This document shows, in pieces, positions 8,058 to 16,854 of a stretch of DNA of 33,604 nucleotides. This DNA is from an uncultured Nitrospirota bacterium (GTDB lineage: Bacteria; Nitrospirota; Nitrospiria; SBBL01; CAZOFZ01): the NCBI GenBank assembly GCA_964579175.1, contig CAZOFZ010000005.1:1-33604 (forward strand), read 5' to 3'. The notes beneath the pieces were generated by a model. That model was given only the letters and a program-made list of their open reading frames with translations. It was not told where the DNA came from and did no database searches. Both the position numbers and the translations under genes were made by a program. Numbering within the stretch: position 1 is the stretch's first letter; every line of letters begins with the position of its first letter.

Positions 8058-9407
8058 CTACCGCATCCCCCTGACTTTGCCCTGAAGTGGTGCAAAGAGG
8101 CGTCCCATTCCCCCTTTTTTTATGCCGGAGAACTGTTTCATCATCTTCTGCGCCTCCTGGAACTGTTTTAAGAGACGATTGACGTCCTGCACGGAAGTCC
8201 CGCTCCCGTTTGCAATCCGCTTTCGCCGACTTCCGTTAATGACGGCGGGATGCTGACGCTCTCCGGGGGTCATGGACGAGATCATCGCCTCGGCGTGCTT
8301 TAATTCACCCTCTACCTGCGTCTGATCCACCTGCATTTTTTTCATGCCTGGGATCATCTCCAACATTTTCTCGACGCTCCCCATCGTCTTGAGTTGTTTC
8401 ATCTGTTCCCGGAAGTCCTCCAAGGTGAACTGTTCCTTCTGGATTTTTTCCTGGAGTCGGACGGCCTCCTCTTTGGTATATTTCTTCTCTGCCATTTCCA
8501 GGAGGGACTGCATGTCTCCCATCCCCAGAATGCGGGAGGCCATTCGGTCGGGGTGAAACAATTCGAGGGCATCCAATTGTTCACCCACACCCATGAATTT
8601 GATCGGCGTCCCCGTCACCGACCGGATGGAGAGCACGGCGCCCCCTCGGGCATCCCCTTCCGTTTTCGTGAGGATGGCGCCGGTAAGAGGGAGCCGATCG
8701 TGAAAGGCCTGCGCCACTTTGATGGCCGCCTGACCGGTCATGGCATCGGCCACCAGGAGGATCTCGTGCGGGGTAATCCGGGACTTCATCCGGACCAGCT
8801 CCGCCATGAGCCGTTCATCCACCTCCAACCGTCCCGCCGTGTCAATAATGACCAGGTCGAACCCTTGGTCCCGTCCGCGCACGACGGCCTTTTCAACCAC
8901 CTCCACCGGATCGTCTTCGCCCTGCGGGATGGCGATTGCGACTTCCAGGCGTTTGGCATGGACTTGAAGCTGATCCACGGCGGCGGGCCGCTGTAAATCG
9001 GCCGCCACCAGCAGCACCCGTCGTCCTTCGGATTTATATCGCCGGGCCAGTTTTCCCGCAGTCGTCGTTTTTCCGGAACCCTGCAGGCCGACCAACATGA
9101 GGATCGTGGGCGGACAAGCGGCCAAAGCGATCCCGGACACCTTGTGTCCCATCAACCCCGTCAACGCTTCCCTGACAATTTTGATCACCTGAAGACCGGG
9201 CGTCAGGCTCTCCGTGACCTCGGTACCCGCAGCCTTTAAGCGAATCGTTTCGATAAACGGCTTCACTAATGTGAAGTGGACATCCGCCTCCAGAAGCGCC
9301 AAGCGCACCTCCTTCAAGGTCTGTTCAAGCACCTCGGCGCTAATGAGCCCCTTGCCGCGAATGCCTTTGAAAACAGCATCCAACCTTTTCGTCAAGCTCT
9401 CTAACAT
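8058..9407 (-). CDS. ffh: Signal recognition particle protein
   Basis: ALLEADV, GLQGSGKTTT, DTAGR, DAMTGQ, GDARGG, FHPDRMASRILGMGD, Met-rich M domain. Confidence 0.97.
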   Translation of the reverse strand: MLESLTKRLDAVFKGIRGKGLISAEVLEQTLKEVRLALLEADVHFTLVKPFIETIRLKAAGTEVTESLTPGLQVIKIVREALTGLMGHKVSGIALAACPPTILMLVGLQGSGKTTTAGKLARRYKSEGRRVLLVAADLQRPAAVDQLQVHAKRLEVAIAIPQGEDDPVEVVEKAVVRGRDQGFDLVIIDTAGRLEVDERLMAELVRMKSRITPHEILLVADAMTGQAAIKVAQAFHDRLPLTGAILTKTEGDARGGAVLSIRSVTGTPIKFMGVGEQLDALELFHPDRMASRILGMGDMQSLLEMAEKKYTKEEAVRLQEKIQKEQFTLEDFREQMKQLKTMGSVEKMLEMIPGMKKMQVDQTQVEGELKHAEAMISSMTPGERQHPAVINGSRRKRIANGSGTSVQDVNRLLKQFQEAQKMMKQFSGIKKGGMGRLFAPLQGKVRGMR

Positions 9408-9485
9408 GTCTTTCAAGATTTACGTCGGATGGGATAACCGTGTCGCAGCACAACGCCACTTGGCGATGCCATAAACAAGCGCTTC

Positions 9486-9514
9486 ATTCTAAAGGCTTTA
9501 CCCCGTGCCGTCAA
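9486..9514 (-). promoter_or_regulatory. Sigma70 promoter of the ffh-rpsP operon
   Basis: Minus strand TTGACG (9514-9509), 17 nt, TAGAAT (9491-9486). Confidence 0.7.
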
Positions 9515-9678
9515 TAAGCCGCATTGCCTCGTTCCATGCAAGGCGGAGTAGAGCGCCCTTCGGACTTCACACGAAGCAATGGCGGTCACAAAAATCGGCG
9601 ATCGGCACAACGAGAGGGATGGTTCTTTTGAGAACAGACGACACTTCCAAGGTGGAAGTAGACGCGTCGTCTTCGACG

Positions 9679-9718
9679 ACGAAGGGCGCCTGCCGGACCG
9701 ACAGGCGCCCTTCGTTTT
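9679..9718. terminator. Intrinsic terminator-like hairpin
   Basis: 14-bp perfect stem ACGAAGGGCGCCTG/CAGGCGCCCTTCGT about 30 nt downstream of the lipoprotein stop; a short T-run follows only on the plus strand. Confidence 0.7.
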
Positions 9719-9746
9719 GTGAATCGGATCAACAGGCCTTCGCAGC

Positions 9747-10013
9747 TTACGGTGTTGCGGCAGGTGCTTCCGCAGGAGGCGCGTCGGCAGCGGGTGCCTC
9801 TGCAGCCGGAACTTCAGCCGGGGCATCGGTGGCCGGTGCTTCCATGGCCGGAGCCTCTGCAGCGGGTGCTTCCATGGCCGGCGCTTCTACGGGTGCCTCT
9901 GCAGCCGGAGCTTCAGCTGCGGGAGGTGCTGGGGCCTCTTCCTTCGGACGATCATACGAACAGGCCGCCAAGCCCAGCGACGCGACCAAAACCATCATAC
10001 TCCACTTCTTCAT
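9747..10013 (-). CDS. Small Ala/Pro/Glu-rich lipoprotein with AAEAP-type repeats
   Basis: MKK, hydrophobic stretch, LAAC lipobox; mature part is repeated AAEAP/AMEAP/ATDAP units. GAGGTG RBS. Confidence 0.85.
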   Translation of the reverse strand: MKKWSMMVLVASLGLAACSYDRPKEEAPAPPAAEAPAAEAPVEAPAMEAPAAEAPAMEAPATDAPAEVPAAEAPAADAPPAEAPAATP

Positions 10014-10119
10014 CGTTCACTCACCTCTCTTAAATTCATCAAATAACGACGACCCAGATCGTCACCCACCTCCGTCACTGCGCATGGGTACACAACCCGC
10101 GCTCACGGAAAGCGCTCTT

Positions 10120-10149
10120 CTTCTAACATATGTTTTTTCGGGATGTCAA
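10120..10149 (-). promoter_or_regulatory. Possible sigma70 promoter for the lipoprotein gene
   Basis: Minus strand TTGACA (10149-10144), then TG-T-TAGAAG at 18-nt spacing; imperfect -10. Confidence 0.4.
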
Positions 10150-10507
10150 GGAGGAAGTTCGGATTCCGTAGCCGATGAACTGTCCACCTCTAAAGTAAGG
10201 ACATCCGTGTTCAGGGGTTGCAACCGACCCTGCGCCCATTGGCGTCAAGACAAATCGTTGACCCATTCGCCGAGGTCATTGTACGGATGTCCCCGTATTT
10301 TACAATGCGTGGTTTCTCATACCGACCCTTGTGCGCTTCACATGATGGGGCGCGCACCGCCCGCACGTTCTCATTCTCCATGGCCCCCCCCTGCCAAGTC
10401 GTTTGAGTACACCGCCGTTTGCCGCAAGAAGCGACGACTTTTTATTTTCGGGCGTCATTTTATTCCCTGTTGTTTTGTAAGTCAAATTTTCGCATTGCCT
10501 TTGCCAT

Positions 10508-10588
10508 CAGGAAGCGGCCTCGGAGTTGAAGTTGACGGATCGGCAGGTTCGCCGGATCGTACGGCGGGTGCGGGTGATTCTAAATCCG
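10508..10588 (+). pseudogene. Tiny ISNCY-type transposase HTH remnant
   Basis: Frame reads QEAASELKLTDRQVRRIVRRVR-VILNP, matching QVEAGRLLGRTDRQVRRIVKRVR and KVILNP in the remnant at 27582-27953. Confidence 0.7.
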
Positions 10589-10607
10589 TGTTACAACGAA
10601 CACCCGT

Positions 10608-10636
10608 TTGATCCGGCGGTCGTTTTTTGGTATAAG
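10608..10636 (+). promoter_or_regulatory. Putative sigma70 promoter of dksA
   Basis: TTGATC, 17 nt, TATAAG with an extended TG. Confidence 0.45.
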
Positions 10637-10726
10637 AGAGTTTTCCTGCAGGGGAGTCGTGGGTACTCTTCAGGGTACCCATACCGGGTCTTATTCCGAA
10701 TCGATGTCCTAGCGAGGCAGACAGAC

Positions 10727-11161
10727 ATGGCGCAGAAAAAACCGGAGATTGCATCCCAGAAGGCGATGCCAAAGAAAACGGTGGCCGCAAAGAAGGAGAT
10801 CACGGGCCGCTTTGACAATATCCTGCATATCCTGGAGAAACAGAAAAAAGCCATTTTGATGGAGTCGGGTCCGTCGCTGGAGGACGATCTCTCATCGATG
10901 GATGAGATATCCTCCGATATGGGAGATCGGGCCTCCGCGGAAACGGACCAAAACTGTGTCCTGAGACTGTTCGAACGGGATCAGAACCTCCTTAAAAAGA
11001 TCGAGGAGGCCATTGATCGGATCAAGGATGACACCTTCGGTATCTGCGAGGTCTGCGGTGGAGAGATTGCCCTGAAGCGGCTCAAAGCCCGTCCCGTCAC
11101 AACACTCTGCATTGACTGTAAAACCACCCAGGAGATGGAAGAGAAACTCAAACAGCCATAG
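10727..11161 (+). CDS. dksA: RNA polymerase-binding transcription factor DksA/TraR
   Basis: DMGDRA (DxxDxA) coiled-coil tip, FGICEVCG...RLKARPVTTLCIDC C4 zinc finger; ATG 10727 after GAGG. Confidence 0.9.
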   Translation: MAQKKPEIASQKAMPKKTVAAKKEITGRFDNILHILEKQKKAILMESGPSLEDDLSSMDEISSDMGDRASAETDQNCVLRLFERDQNLLKKIEEAIDRIKDDTFGICEVCGGEIALKRLKARPVTTLCIDCKTTQEMEEKLKQP

Positions 11162-11170
11162 GATTGTAAT

Positions 11171-11416
11171 GTGATCGAAGTTGGACTATGGGTTAAAACC
11201 GATCAGGAGGAGATCGTCATCAAACGCGACACGGGCGGACATCCCGATCTGGCCCCGCTCTCCGATCCCCGGCCGTTTGCGGATCGAGAAGCCAAAAAAG
11301 AAAAAATCCGATCCTTCTATCGGCAATTAACCGGACGGCCCCACCCGCATCCCCACGCCGCGACACGACAGCTCCTGTGGGACTTCATCGAAGTCGCCCT
11401 GAAGCGCCTGCCGTAA
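11171..11416 (+). CDS. Hypothetical protein (81 aa)
   Basis: GTG start 9 nt after the dksA stop with AGGA upstream; protein-like composition; no recognisable family. Confidence 0.7.
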   Translation: MIEVGLWVKTDQEEIVIKRDTGGHPDLAPLSDPRPFADREAKKEKIRSFYRQLTGRPHPHPHAATRQLLWDFIEVALKRLP

Positions 11417-11425
11417 CGCCGTCCA

Positions 11426-11561
11426 GGGCACCTCCAAAAGCCGACTGCGCGTCTAAACTGCTGTGTTGCGCGGCGAGACCTGTCGCGGATGCGTTCTTCC
11501 CTGACGTTGATGCAGACCCCTGCAGGCACTCGCACCGGAAAAACAGAACTCTCTTTTGGAG
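11426..11561. mobile_element. MITE family A, diverged copy
   Basis: First ~50 nt (GGGCACCTCCAAAAGCCGACTGCGCGTCTAAACTGCTGTGTTGCGCGG) align with 4581-4630. CTTTTGGAG at 11553-11561 is complementary to its left end at about full-length distance. Confidence 0.7.
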
Positions 11562-11566
11562 CCTCT

Positions 11567-12013
11567 ATGATTGTGGCCGTTGCCTGTGACCATGGTGGAT
11601 TCCGCAGGAAAGATGCGGTCCTGCGCGCCATTATTCAAGCTGGACACGAAGTTTTGGACCTGGGCACCCACTCCCTGGACCCCGTGGACTATCCCGACTA
11701 CGCCGAAGCGGTCGGAAGGGCCCTTCAGCGCGGCCAGGCCGAACGCGCCATCCTGCTCTGCGGCAGCGGTGTGGGGGCCTGTATTGCCGCCAACAAGATG
11801 CGGGGAATTCGGGCGGGACTTTGCCATGACACCTATTCCGCCCATCAGGGGGTGGAACACGACGCCATGAATGTCCTCGCCCTGGGGGCGCGGGTCATCG
11901 GTTCGGCCCTGACGATCGAAGTCGTCCGGGCCTTTCTGGGCGCGCAATTTACGGAAGAGGAGCGGCATGTCCGGAGGCTTCACAAAGTAGACCGTCTGGA
12001 ACAGGGAGGTTGA
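11567..12013 (+). CDS. rpiB: Ribose-5-phosphate isomerase B
   Basis: CDHGG, DYPDYA, CGSGVG..IAANK, HDAMNVLALGARV, RHVRRL. Confidence 0.95.
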   Translation: MIVAVACDHGGFRRKDAVLRAIIQAGHEVLDLGTHSLDPVDYPDYAEAVGRALQRGQAERAILLCGSGVGACIAANKMRGIRAGLCHDTYSAHQGVEHDAMNVLALGARVIGSALTIEVVRAFLGAQFTEEERHVRRLHKVDRLEQGG

Positions 12014-12015
12014 AT

Positions 12016-12921
12016 ATGAAGATCGGCTTTGTCGGGCTTGGGAAAATGGGGATGAACATGGTGACGCGGCTTTCGCAGGGAGGGCACGGCGTCATCGCTT
12101 ACGATCAGTCCTCCGAATTGGTGCTGCGCGCACGCGAGGCCGGCTGCGAAGGGGCGCGTTCCTTATCCGATCTGGTTTCCCAACTCGAAGGCCCCCGATC
12201 CGTCTGGGTGATGGTGCCGGCCGGATCGCCCACGTCGGATACCATCCAGGCCCTCTCCGACCTGTTACAGCCTGGAGATACGATCATTGACGGCGGAAAC
12301 AGCCGGTTTCAGGAGGATATCCGCCGAACCGTCGCGCTCAAGAAGCGGGACATTCATTATGTGGACGTGGGCACCAGCGGCGGCGTTTGGGGCCTTTCTC
12401 TGGGCTACTGTCTGATGGTGGGGGGCGAAGCTGCGGCCGTCTCGCATCTTGCACCCATCCTGACCACCCTGGCGCCCCCCGACGGATGGGCGCACGTCGG
12501 CGGGCCGGGGGCGGGACACTATGTCAAAATGGTGCATAACGGCATCGAATATGGCCTCATGCAGGCCTACGCGGAAGGGTTTGAACTGATGTCCAAAAGC
12601 GAATATCGGTTGGACCTGCCCAAAGTCGCCTCCCTTTGGATGCAGGGGAGTGTCGTCCGATCCTGGCTTTTGGAACTGACTGCGGGCCTCCTTGCCGAGG
12701 ACCCACAACTTTCCAAACTGGTCGGACAGGTTCAGGATTCGGGCGAGGGTCGCTGGATGATTGACGATGCGCTTGAAAAGAACGTCCCTGTCCCGACGCT
12801 GACTGCGGCCCTATTCACACGCTTCCGATCCCGGCAAGCGCGACCGGAAGGGCCTTTCTCCGAACGGATGCTGGCCGCTCTCCGCAACGCCTTTGGCGGC
12901 CACGCCGTCCTGCGCGAATAG
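12016..12921 (+). CDS. gnd: 6-phosphogluconate dehydrogenase, decarboxylating (short YqeC-type)
   Basis: GLGKMG, VWVMVPAG, IDGGNS, DVGTSGG, GHYVKMVHNGIEYG, DSGEGRW, RNAFGGH. Confidence 0.95.
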   Translation: MKIGFVGLGKMGMNMVTRLSQGGHGVIAYDQSSELVLRAREAGCEGARSLSDLVSQLEGPRSVWVMVPAGSPTSDTIQALSDLLQPGDTIIDGGNSRFQEDIRRTVALKKRDIHYVDVGTSGGVWGLSLGYCLMVGGEAAAVSHLAPILTTLAPPDGWAHVGGPGAGHYVKMVHNGIEYGLMQAYAEGFELMSKSEYRLDLPKVASLWMQGSVVRSWLLELTAGLLAEDPQLSKLVGQVQDSGEGRWMIDDALEKNVPVPTLTAALFTRFRSRQARPEGPFSERMLAALRNAFGGHAVLRE

Positions 12922-12935
12922 TTGCGCTTGCACGT

Positions 12936-14648
12936 TTACATCCGTTCGGGTGCGCGGATGCCAAGAAGCTGCAACCCATTTTGAAGGACGATTTGGACCG
13001 CCGTGACAAGCAGCAGGCGGGCCTGCGTCAGCGCCGCGTCGTCCGTCACCACGCGATGGGCGAAGTAGTAGCGGTGCAGCAGTCCGGCCAATTCCTGCAA
13101 GTAGACGGTCAAGCGATGGGGTGCCATCGCCTCTGCCGCAGATTGTAACAGATCGGGATAGAATGCAAGGTGCCTGAGCAGCGTCTGCTCTTCGGGGAGG
13201 GCCAGATTGGAAACGAGACCGGAAAGGGCCGCTTCGGAGACCGCCTCCATCTGGACGCCTCGTTCCTGCGCCACCCGCAGGATACTGCAAATCCGGGCAT
13301 GGGCATATTGCACATAGAAGACCGGATTTTCGTCCGAATGTTTTTTGGCCAGCTCCAGATCGAAGTCAAGCGGGCTGTCGGCCCTGCGCATCAGGAAGAA
13401 AAACCGGGTGGCGTCCACCCCCACCTCTTCCATCACCTCCTGGAGCGTGACGAATTCGCCCGTCCGTTTGGACATCGCCACCGGCTTTCCATCCCGCAAC
13501 AGGTTGACCAATTGATGGATGAGCAGCGTCAAGCGATCCGGATCGTCCCCCAACAGCGCTGCCGCGGCTTTGACGCGCGCCACATATCCGTGATGATCGG
13601 CCCCCCAGATGTCAATCAGGCGATCGTGGCCGCGTTGAAACTTGTTGCGATGGTAGGCAATATCGGAGGCGAAATAGGTCCGCTCTCCCGTGTTGCGGAT
13701 CACCACCCGATCTTTGTCGTCCCCCTGTGTGGTGGTGGCCAGCCAAACCGCCCCCTCCTTTTCATAAAGATGGCCACGGGCTTTTAACTGTGCCAAGGCA
13801 AGATCGATCCGGTTTACATCGTTGTCCCCGCTGAAGAGCTCTTTTTCGGAAAACCAGCGATCGAACCGAATGCCGAATGCGTCCATGTCCCGACGAATCC
13901 ATCCCAGCGTCGTCTGTAGGCTCCATTCGATGAAACAGGGATCGGTGTCCAATTTATCCAGGAGCCGGTCCTCATGGACTTCTTTCAGGGCGCGGGCAAT
14001 CTCGATGATGTACGCGCCATGGTAGCCCTCCGTGGGCAGGATAACGGAAGCGCCGAACAGTTCCCGATAGCGCAGCGCAGTAGATTGGCCCAGCAGGTTG
14101 ACCTGGTTCCCCACGTCGTTGATGTAATATTCGCGTTCGACGCGATAGCCGACCGCCGAAAAGAGCCGCGCCAAGGCGTCTCCCAGCGCCGCCGCGCGAC
14201 CATGTGCAACGTGTAGCGGCCCGGTCGGATTGGCGCTGACAAACTCGATCAGCACCGACCGGCCCGCCCCAACCTCCGACCGCCCATACTCCGCCTTCTG
14301 ATCATGCACCGCAAGCAGCGTCCGAAACCAACAGTCCGGACGGATGAAGAAGTTAAGATACCCCGGCCCCGCAATTTCAACCGACTGGATCAGGTCGGCA
14401 TACGACGGATGTTGTTGAAGCAGCGCTTTAAGTTGCGAGGCGATTTCTCTGGGCGGGCGCTTTAACGTCCGGGCCAGGGTCATCGGAAGGGGGGTGGCAA
14501 AATCGCCATGTTCCGGCTGACTGGGCCGCTCCAAGAGGGGCAACGGGACATCCGGTACGGACAGGCCCCGCCCTTGTGCATCTTCGATCATCTCCCGGAG
14601 CACCTCTTGGAGCACTTCCTGGAGCAGCTGCATGAGGCGGTTTTTCAT
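12936..14648 (-). CDS. argS: Arginine--tRNA ligase
   Basis: EFVSANPTGPLHVAHGR (HIGH-like), YFASDIAYH, WGADHHGY, MSKRTG, YVQYAHARI, APERM. Confidence 0.97.
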   Translation of the reverse strand: MKNRLMQLLQEVLQEVLREMIEDAQGRGLSVPDVPLPLLERPSQPEHGDFATPLPMTLARTLKRPPREIASQLKALLQQHPSYADLIQSVEIAGPGYLNFFIRPDCWFRTLLAVHDQKAEYGRSEVGAGRSVLIEFVSANPTGPLHVAHGRAAALGDALARLFSAVGYRVEREYYINDVGNQVNLLGQSTALRYRELFGASVILPTEGYHGAYIIEIARALKEVHEDRLLDKLDTDPCFIEWSLQTTLGWIRRDMDAFGIRFDRWFSEKELFSGDNDVNRIDLALAQLKARGHLYEKEGAVWLATTTQGDDKDRVVIRNTGERTYFASDIAYHRNKFQRGHDRLIDIWGADHHGYVARVKAAAALLGDDPDRLTLLIHQLVNLLRDGKPVAMSKRTGEFVTLQEVMEEVGVDATRFFFLMRRADSPLDFDLELAKKHSDENPVFYVQYAHARICSILRVAQERGVQMEAVSEAALSGLVSNLALPEEQTLLRHLAFYPDLLQSAAEAMAPHRLTVYLQELAGLLHRYYFAHRVVTDDAALTQARLLLVTAVQIVLQNGLQLLGIRAPERM

Positions 14649-15682
14649 CCGGTTTGCGTCATCAGATGGGTGTTTTCAATGGCCACCGCAGCCTGATTGG
14701 CCACGGCCTGGAGGAGATGAATCTCTTCCTGCGTAAAATGATGTTCCGATGCGGTGTAAAGGTTAATCACGCCGATGCCCCGATTCTTGATCTGCATCGG
14801 CACCGAAAGGAGCGAAACCAACCCCTCGGCCTTGGCCAGCTCCGGAAAGCCGTAGGTTGGATCGCGGGTCACGTCCGGGATCGCCATCGGTTGAAGCGCC
14901 TGCAAGACCCTTCCGGAAATGCTCTCTCCGACTTTTACATTGGCCTTTCGGCAATACGCCTCGCTTAAGCTTTGCGTGGCGGCAATTTTCAACGCGCCGC
15001 TCTCCTCATCCAAGATCATGATGGAGCAGATTTTGGAATTCATCATTTCTGCCGTCATCGTGACAATGAGTTGAAGTATTTCTTCAATATACCGGCTGGA
15101 AGCGATCGTGTGGCTAACCCGCGTGAGGGTCTCGATTTGCAGCGCCTTTTTCCTCATTTCTTCGTAGAGACGCGCATTCTCGATGGCATATCCGACCTGC
15201 TGACCGATCGTGGTCAACAGCGCAACCTCCCCATCCGTATGGACGTGGGGTTCCCGGTGCTGGACGTTGATAACGCCGATCACCTGATTGCGACAGGTCA
15301 CCGGCGCGGATAAGAAGGCCTGATAGCGATCTTCCGGAAGGGAGCGAAAGCAGGTGAATCGGGGATCGTTTTCGGCGTCGCGGGCGATGGCCACCGTTCT
15401 CCGCTCCCGGGCCACCCAGCCGGTGATCCCTTCCCCCACTTCCAGGCGAATCCGGCCGATCAACTTCGGGTGGGGCCTCCCGGAGGCACGCAGCACCAGT
15501 TCGTTTTTTGCCTCATCCAGCAGATAGATCAGACAGGCGTCCCCCCGGACGACCTCCGCGACCATCTCCACGATGCATCGAAGTACGCCATCCAGGTCCA
15601 GATTCCCACTGATGGACTCGGTAATGCGATGTAGCAGCGTCAGCTCCCGCACCGCGCGATCGGACTCCTTCTTCTTATGCAT
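14645..15682 (-). CDS. Tandem GAF-GAF sensor protein with no output domain
   Basis: Two GAF repeats (GEGITGWVA...DPRF...GVINVQ...AIENARL; GESISG...GVINLY...AVAIENT); stop overlaps the argS ATG. Confidence 0.85.
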   Translation of the reverse strand: MHKKKESDRAVRELTLLHRITESISGNLDLDGVLRCIVEMVAEVVRGDACLIYLLDEAKNELVLRASGRPHPKLIGRIRLEVGEGITGWVARERRTVAIARDAENDPRFTCFRSLPEDRYQAFLSAPVTCRNQVIGVINVQHREPHVHTDGEVALLTTIGQQVGYAIENARLYEEMRKKALQIETLTRVSHTIASSRYIEEILQLIVTMTAEMMNSKICSIMILDEESGALKIAATQSLSEAYCRKANVKVGESISGRVLQALQPMAIPDVTRDPTYGFPELAKAEGLVSLLSVPMQIKNRGIGVINLYTASEHHFTQEEIHLLQAVANQAAVAIENTHLMTQTG

Positions 15683-15730
15683 CGGAATCGTCGTCCCTCC
15701 CAAGACCCAGTCTTGAGGATGCCTTACAAT

Positions 15731-16843
15731 TTAGAGTTTGCGCGGTTGTGGGGGAGACGCGCCGGGGCGCGTGGGAAGGTTGGCGCGATTGAGCATGGCC
15801 AGGAACTCTTCCAGATGGGGTGAGCACGCGAGCGCATCTTCGTAGCTGATTTCGCGTTTCCTGTAGAGTTCGAGCAGGGACTGGTTCATCGTCATCATGC
15901 CGTGCTCTCCCTGGCCCGTCTGCATACTGGAGTAGACCTGGTGAATCTTCCCTTCCCGAATCAGGTTGCGAATGGCGGGCGTGGGCACCATGATTTCCAT
16001 CGCCATGGCCCGTCCCTGTCCCGTTGCGAGGGGGATTAATTGCTGCGACAGCACGCCGGTCAGGACAAAGGAGAGTTGAACCCGAATCTGGGGCTGCTGG
16101 TTGGCTGGAAAGACGTCAATAATCCGGTTGATCGTCTGATCCGCCGAGTTGGTGTGAAGCGTTCCGAACGTCAGATGACCGGTCTCGGAAAGGGTGAGGG
16201 CCGCCTCGATCGTCTCCAAGTCCCGCAGTTCGCCGATGAGCACGACGTCTGGGTCCTGCCGCAGGATATGTCGCAGGGCGGCCTTGAAACTTTTCGTGTC
16301 TGAAGTCACCTCCCGTTGATTGACGATACTTTTCTTGTGGGAATGGATGAATTCGATCGGGTCTTCCACCGTGATGATATGGCCATTATGGTTCGAGTTG
16401 ATCCAGTCCATCATGGTGGCCAGGGTGGTGGACTTTCCACTCCCCGTCGGCCCGGTGACCAAGATGAGCCCCTTCGGCTTTTGCACCAGTTCCTTGACGA
16501 CTTTGGGCAGATTCAACTCTTCGAACGTCGAGATTTTAAATGGGATCATCCGGATCGCCCCGCCCACGGTCCCGCGCTGCAGGAAGAGGTTCCCCCGGAA
16601 ACGGCTCAACCCCTTCAATCCGAACGAGAAGTCCAATTCGCTCTCTTCTTCGAAGCGATGTTTCTGGTCATCGGTCAGGACGCTGTACAACAACTGCTTG
16701 GTTTCCGAAGGGGTCAGGACGGGGAAATCGAGTGGCACGAGCCCGCCATGGATGCGAATCTGGGGCGGGCTTCCCACCGTAATGTGCATATCGGAGGCCC
16801 CTTTCTCGACCATGATCTGAAGCATCTGTTGAAGACTTGCCAT
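15731..16843 (-). CDS. pilT: Type IV pilus retraction ATPase PilT
   Basis: ASDMHI, GPTGSGKSTT, TVEDPIEF, LRQDPDVVLIGELRD, TGHL..TLHT, AIRNLIRE. Confidence 0.95.
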   Translation of the reverse strand: MASLQQMLQIMVEKGASDMHITVGSPPQIRIHGGLVPLDFPVLTPSETKQLLYSVLTDDQKHRFEEESELDFSFGLKGLSRFRGNLFLQRGTVGGAIRMIPFKISTFEELNLPKVVKELVQKPKGLILVTGPTGSGKSTTLATMMDWINSNHNGHIITVEDPIEFIHSHKKSIVNQREVTSDTKSFKAALRHILRQDPDVVLIGELRDLETIEAALTLSETGHLTFGTLHTNSADQTINRIIDVFPANQQPQIRVQLSFVLTGVLSQQLIPLATGQGRAMAMEIMVPTPAIRNLIREGKIHQVYSSMQTGQGEHGMMTMNQSLLELYRKREISYEDALACSPHLEEFLAMLNRANLPTRPGASPPQPRKL

Positions 16844-16854
16844 TTTTTTTACCG

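Noticed and set aside
9420-9720. SRP RNA or 6S RNA next to ffh
   Set aside because: No SRP domain IV (CAGG..GGAA..AGCAG) motif and no convincing 6S long hairpin with a central bubble seen by eye; an Rfam scan would settle it.
10492-10506. Sigma54-like TGGCAAAGGCAATGC on the minus strand
   Set aside because: Correct GG-N10-GC spacing, but it abuts the transposase relic and has no credible downstream gene; may be chance.
9505-10611. 368-aa plus-strand ORF with AAGAS repeats
   Set aside because: Antisense reading of the lipoprotein repeats; the minus-strand ORF has the lipobox and RBS.
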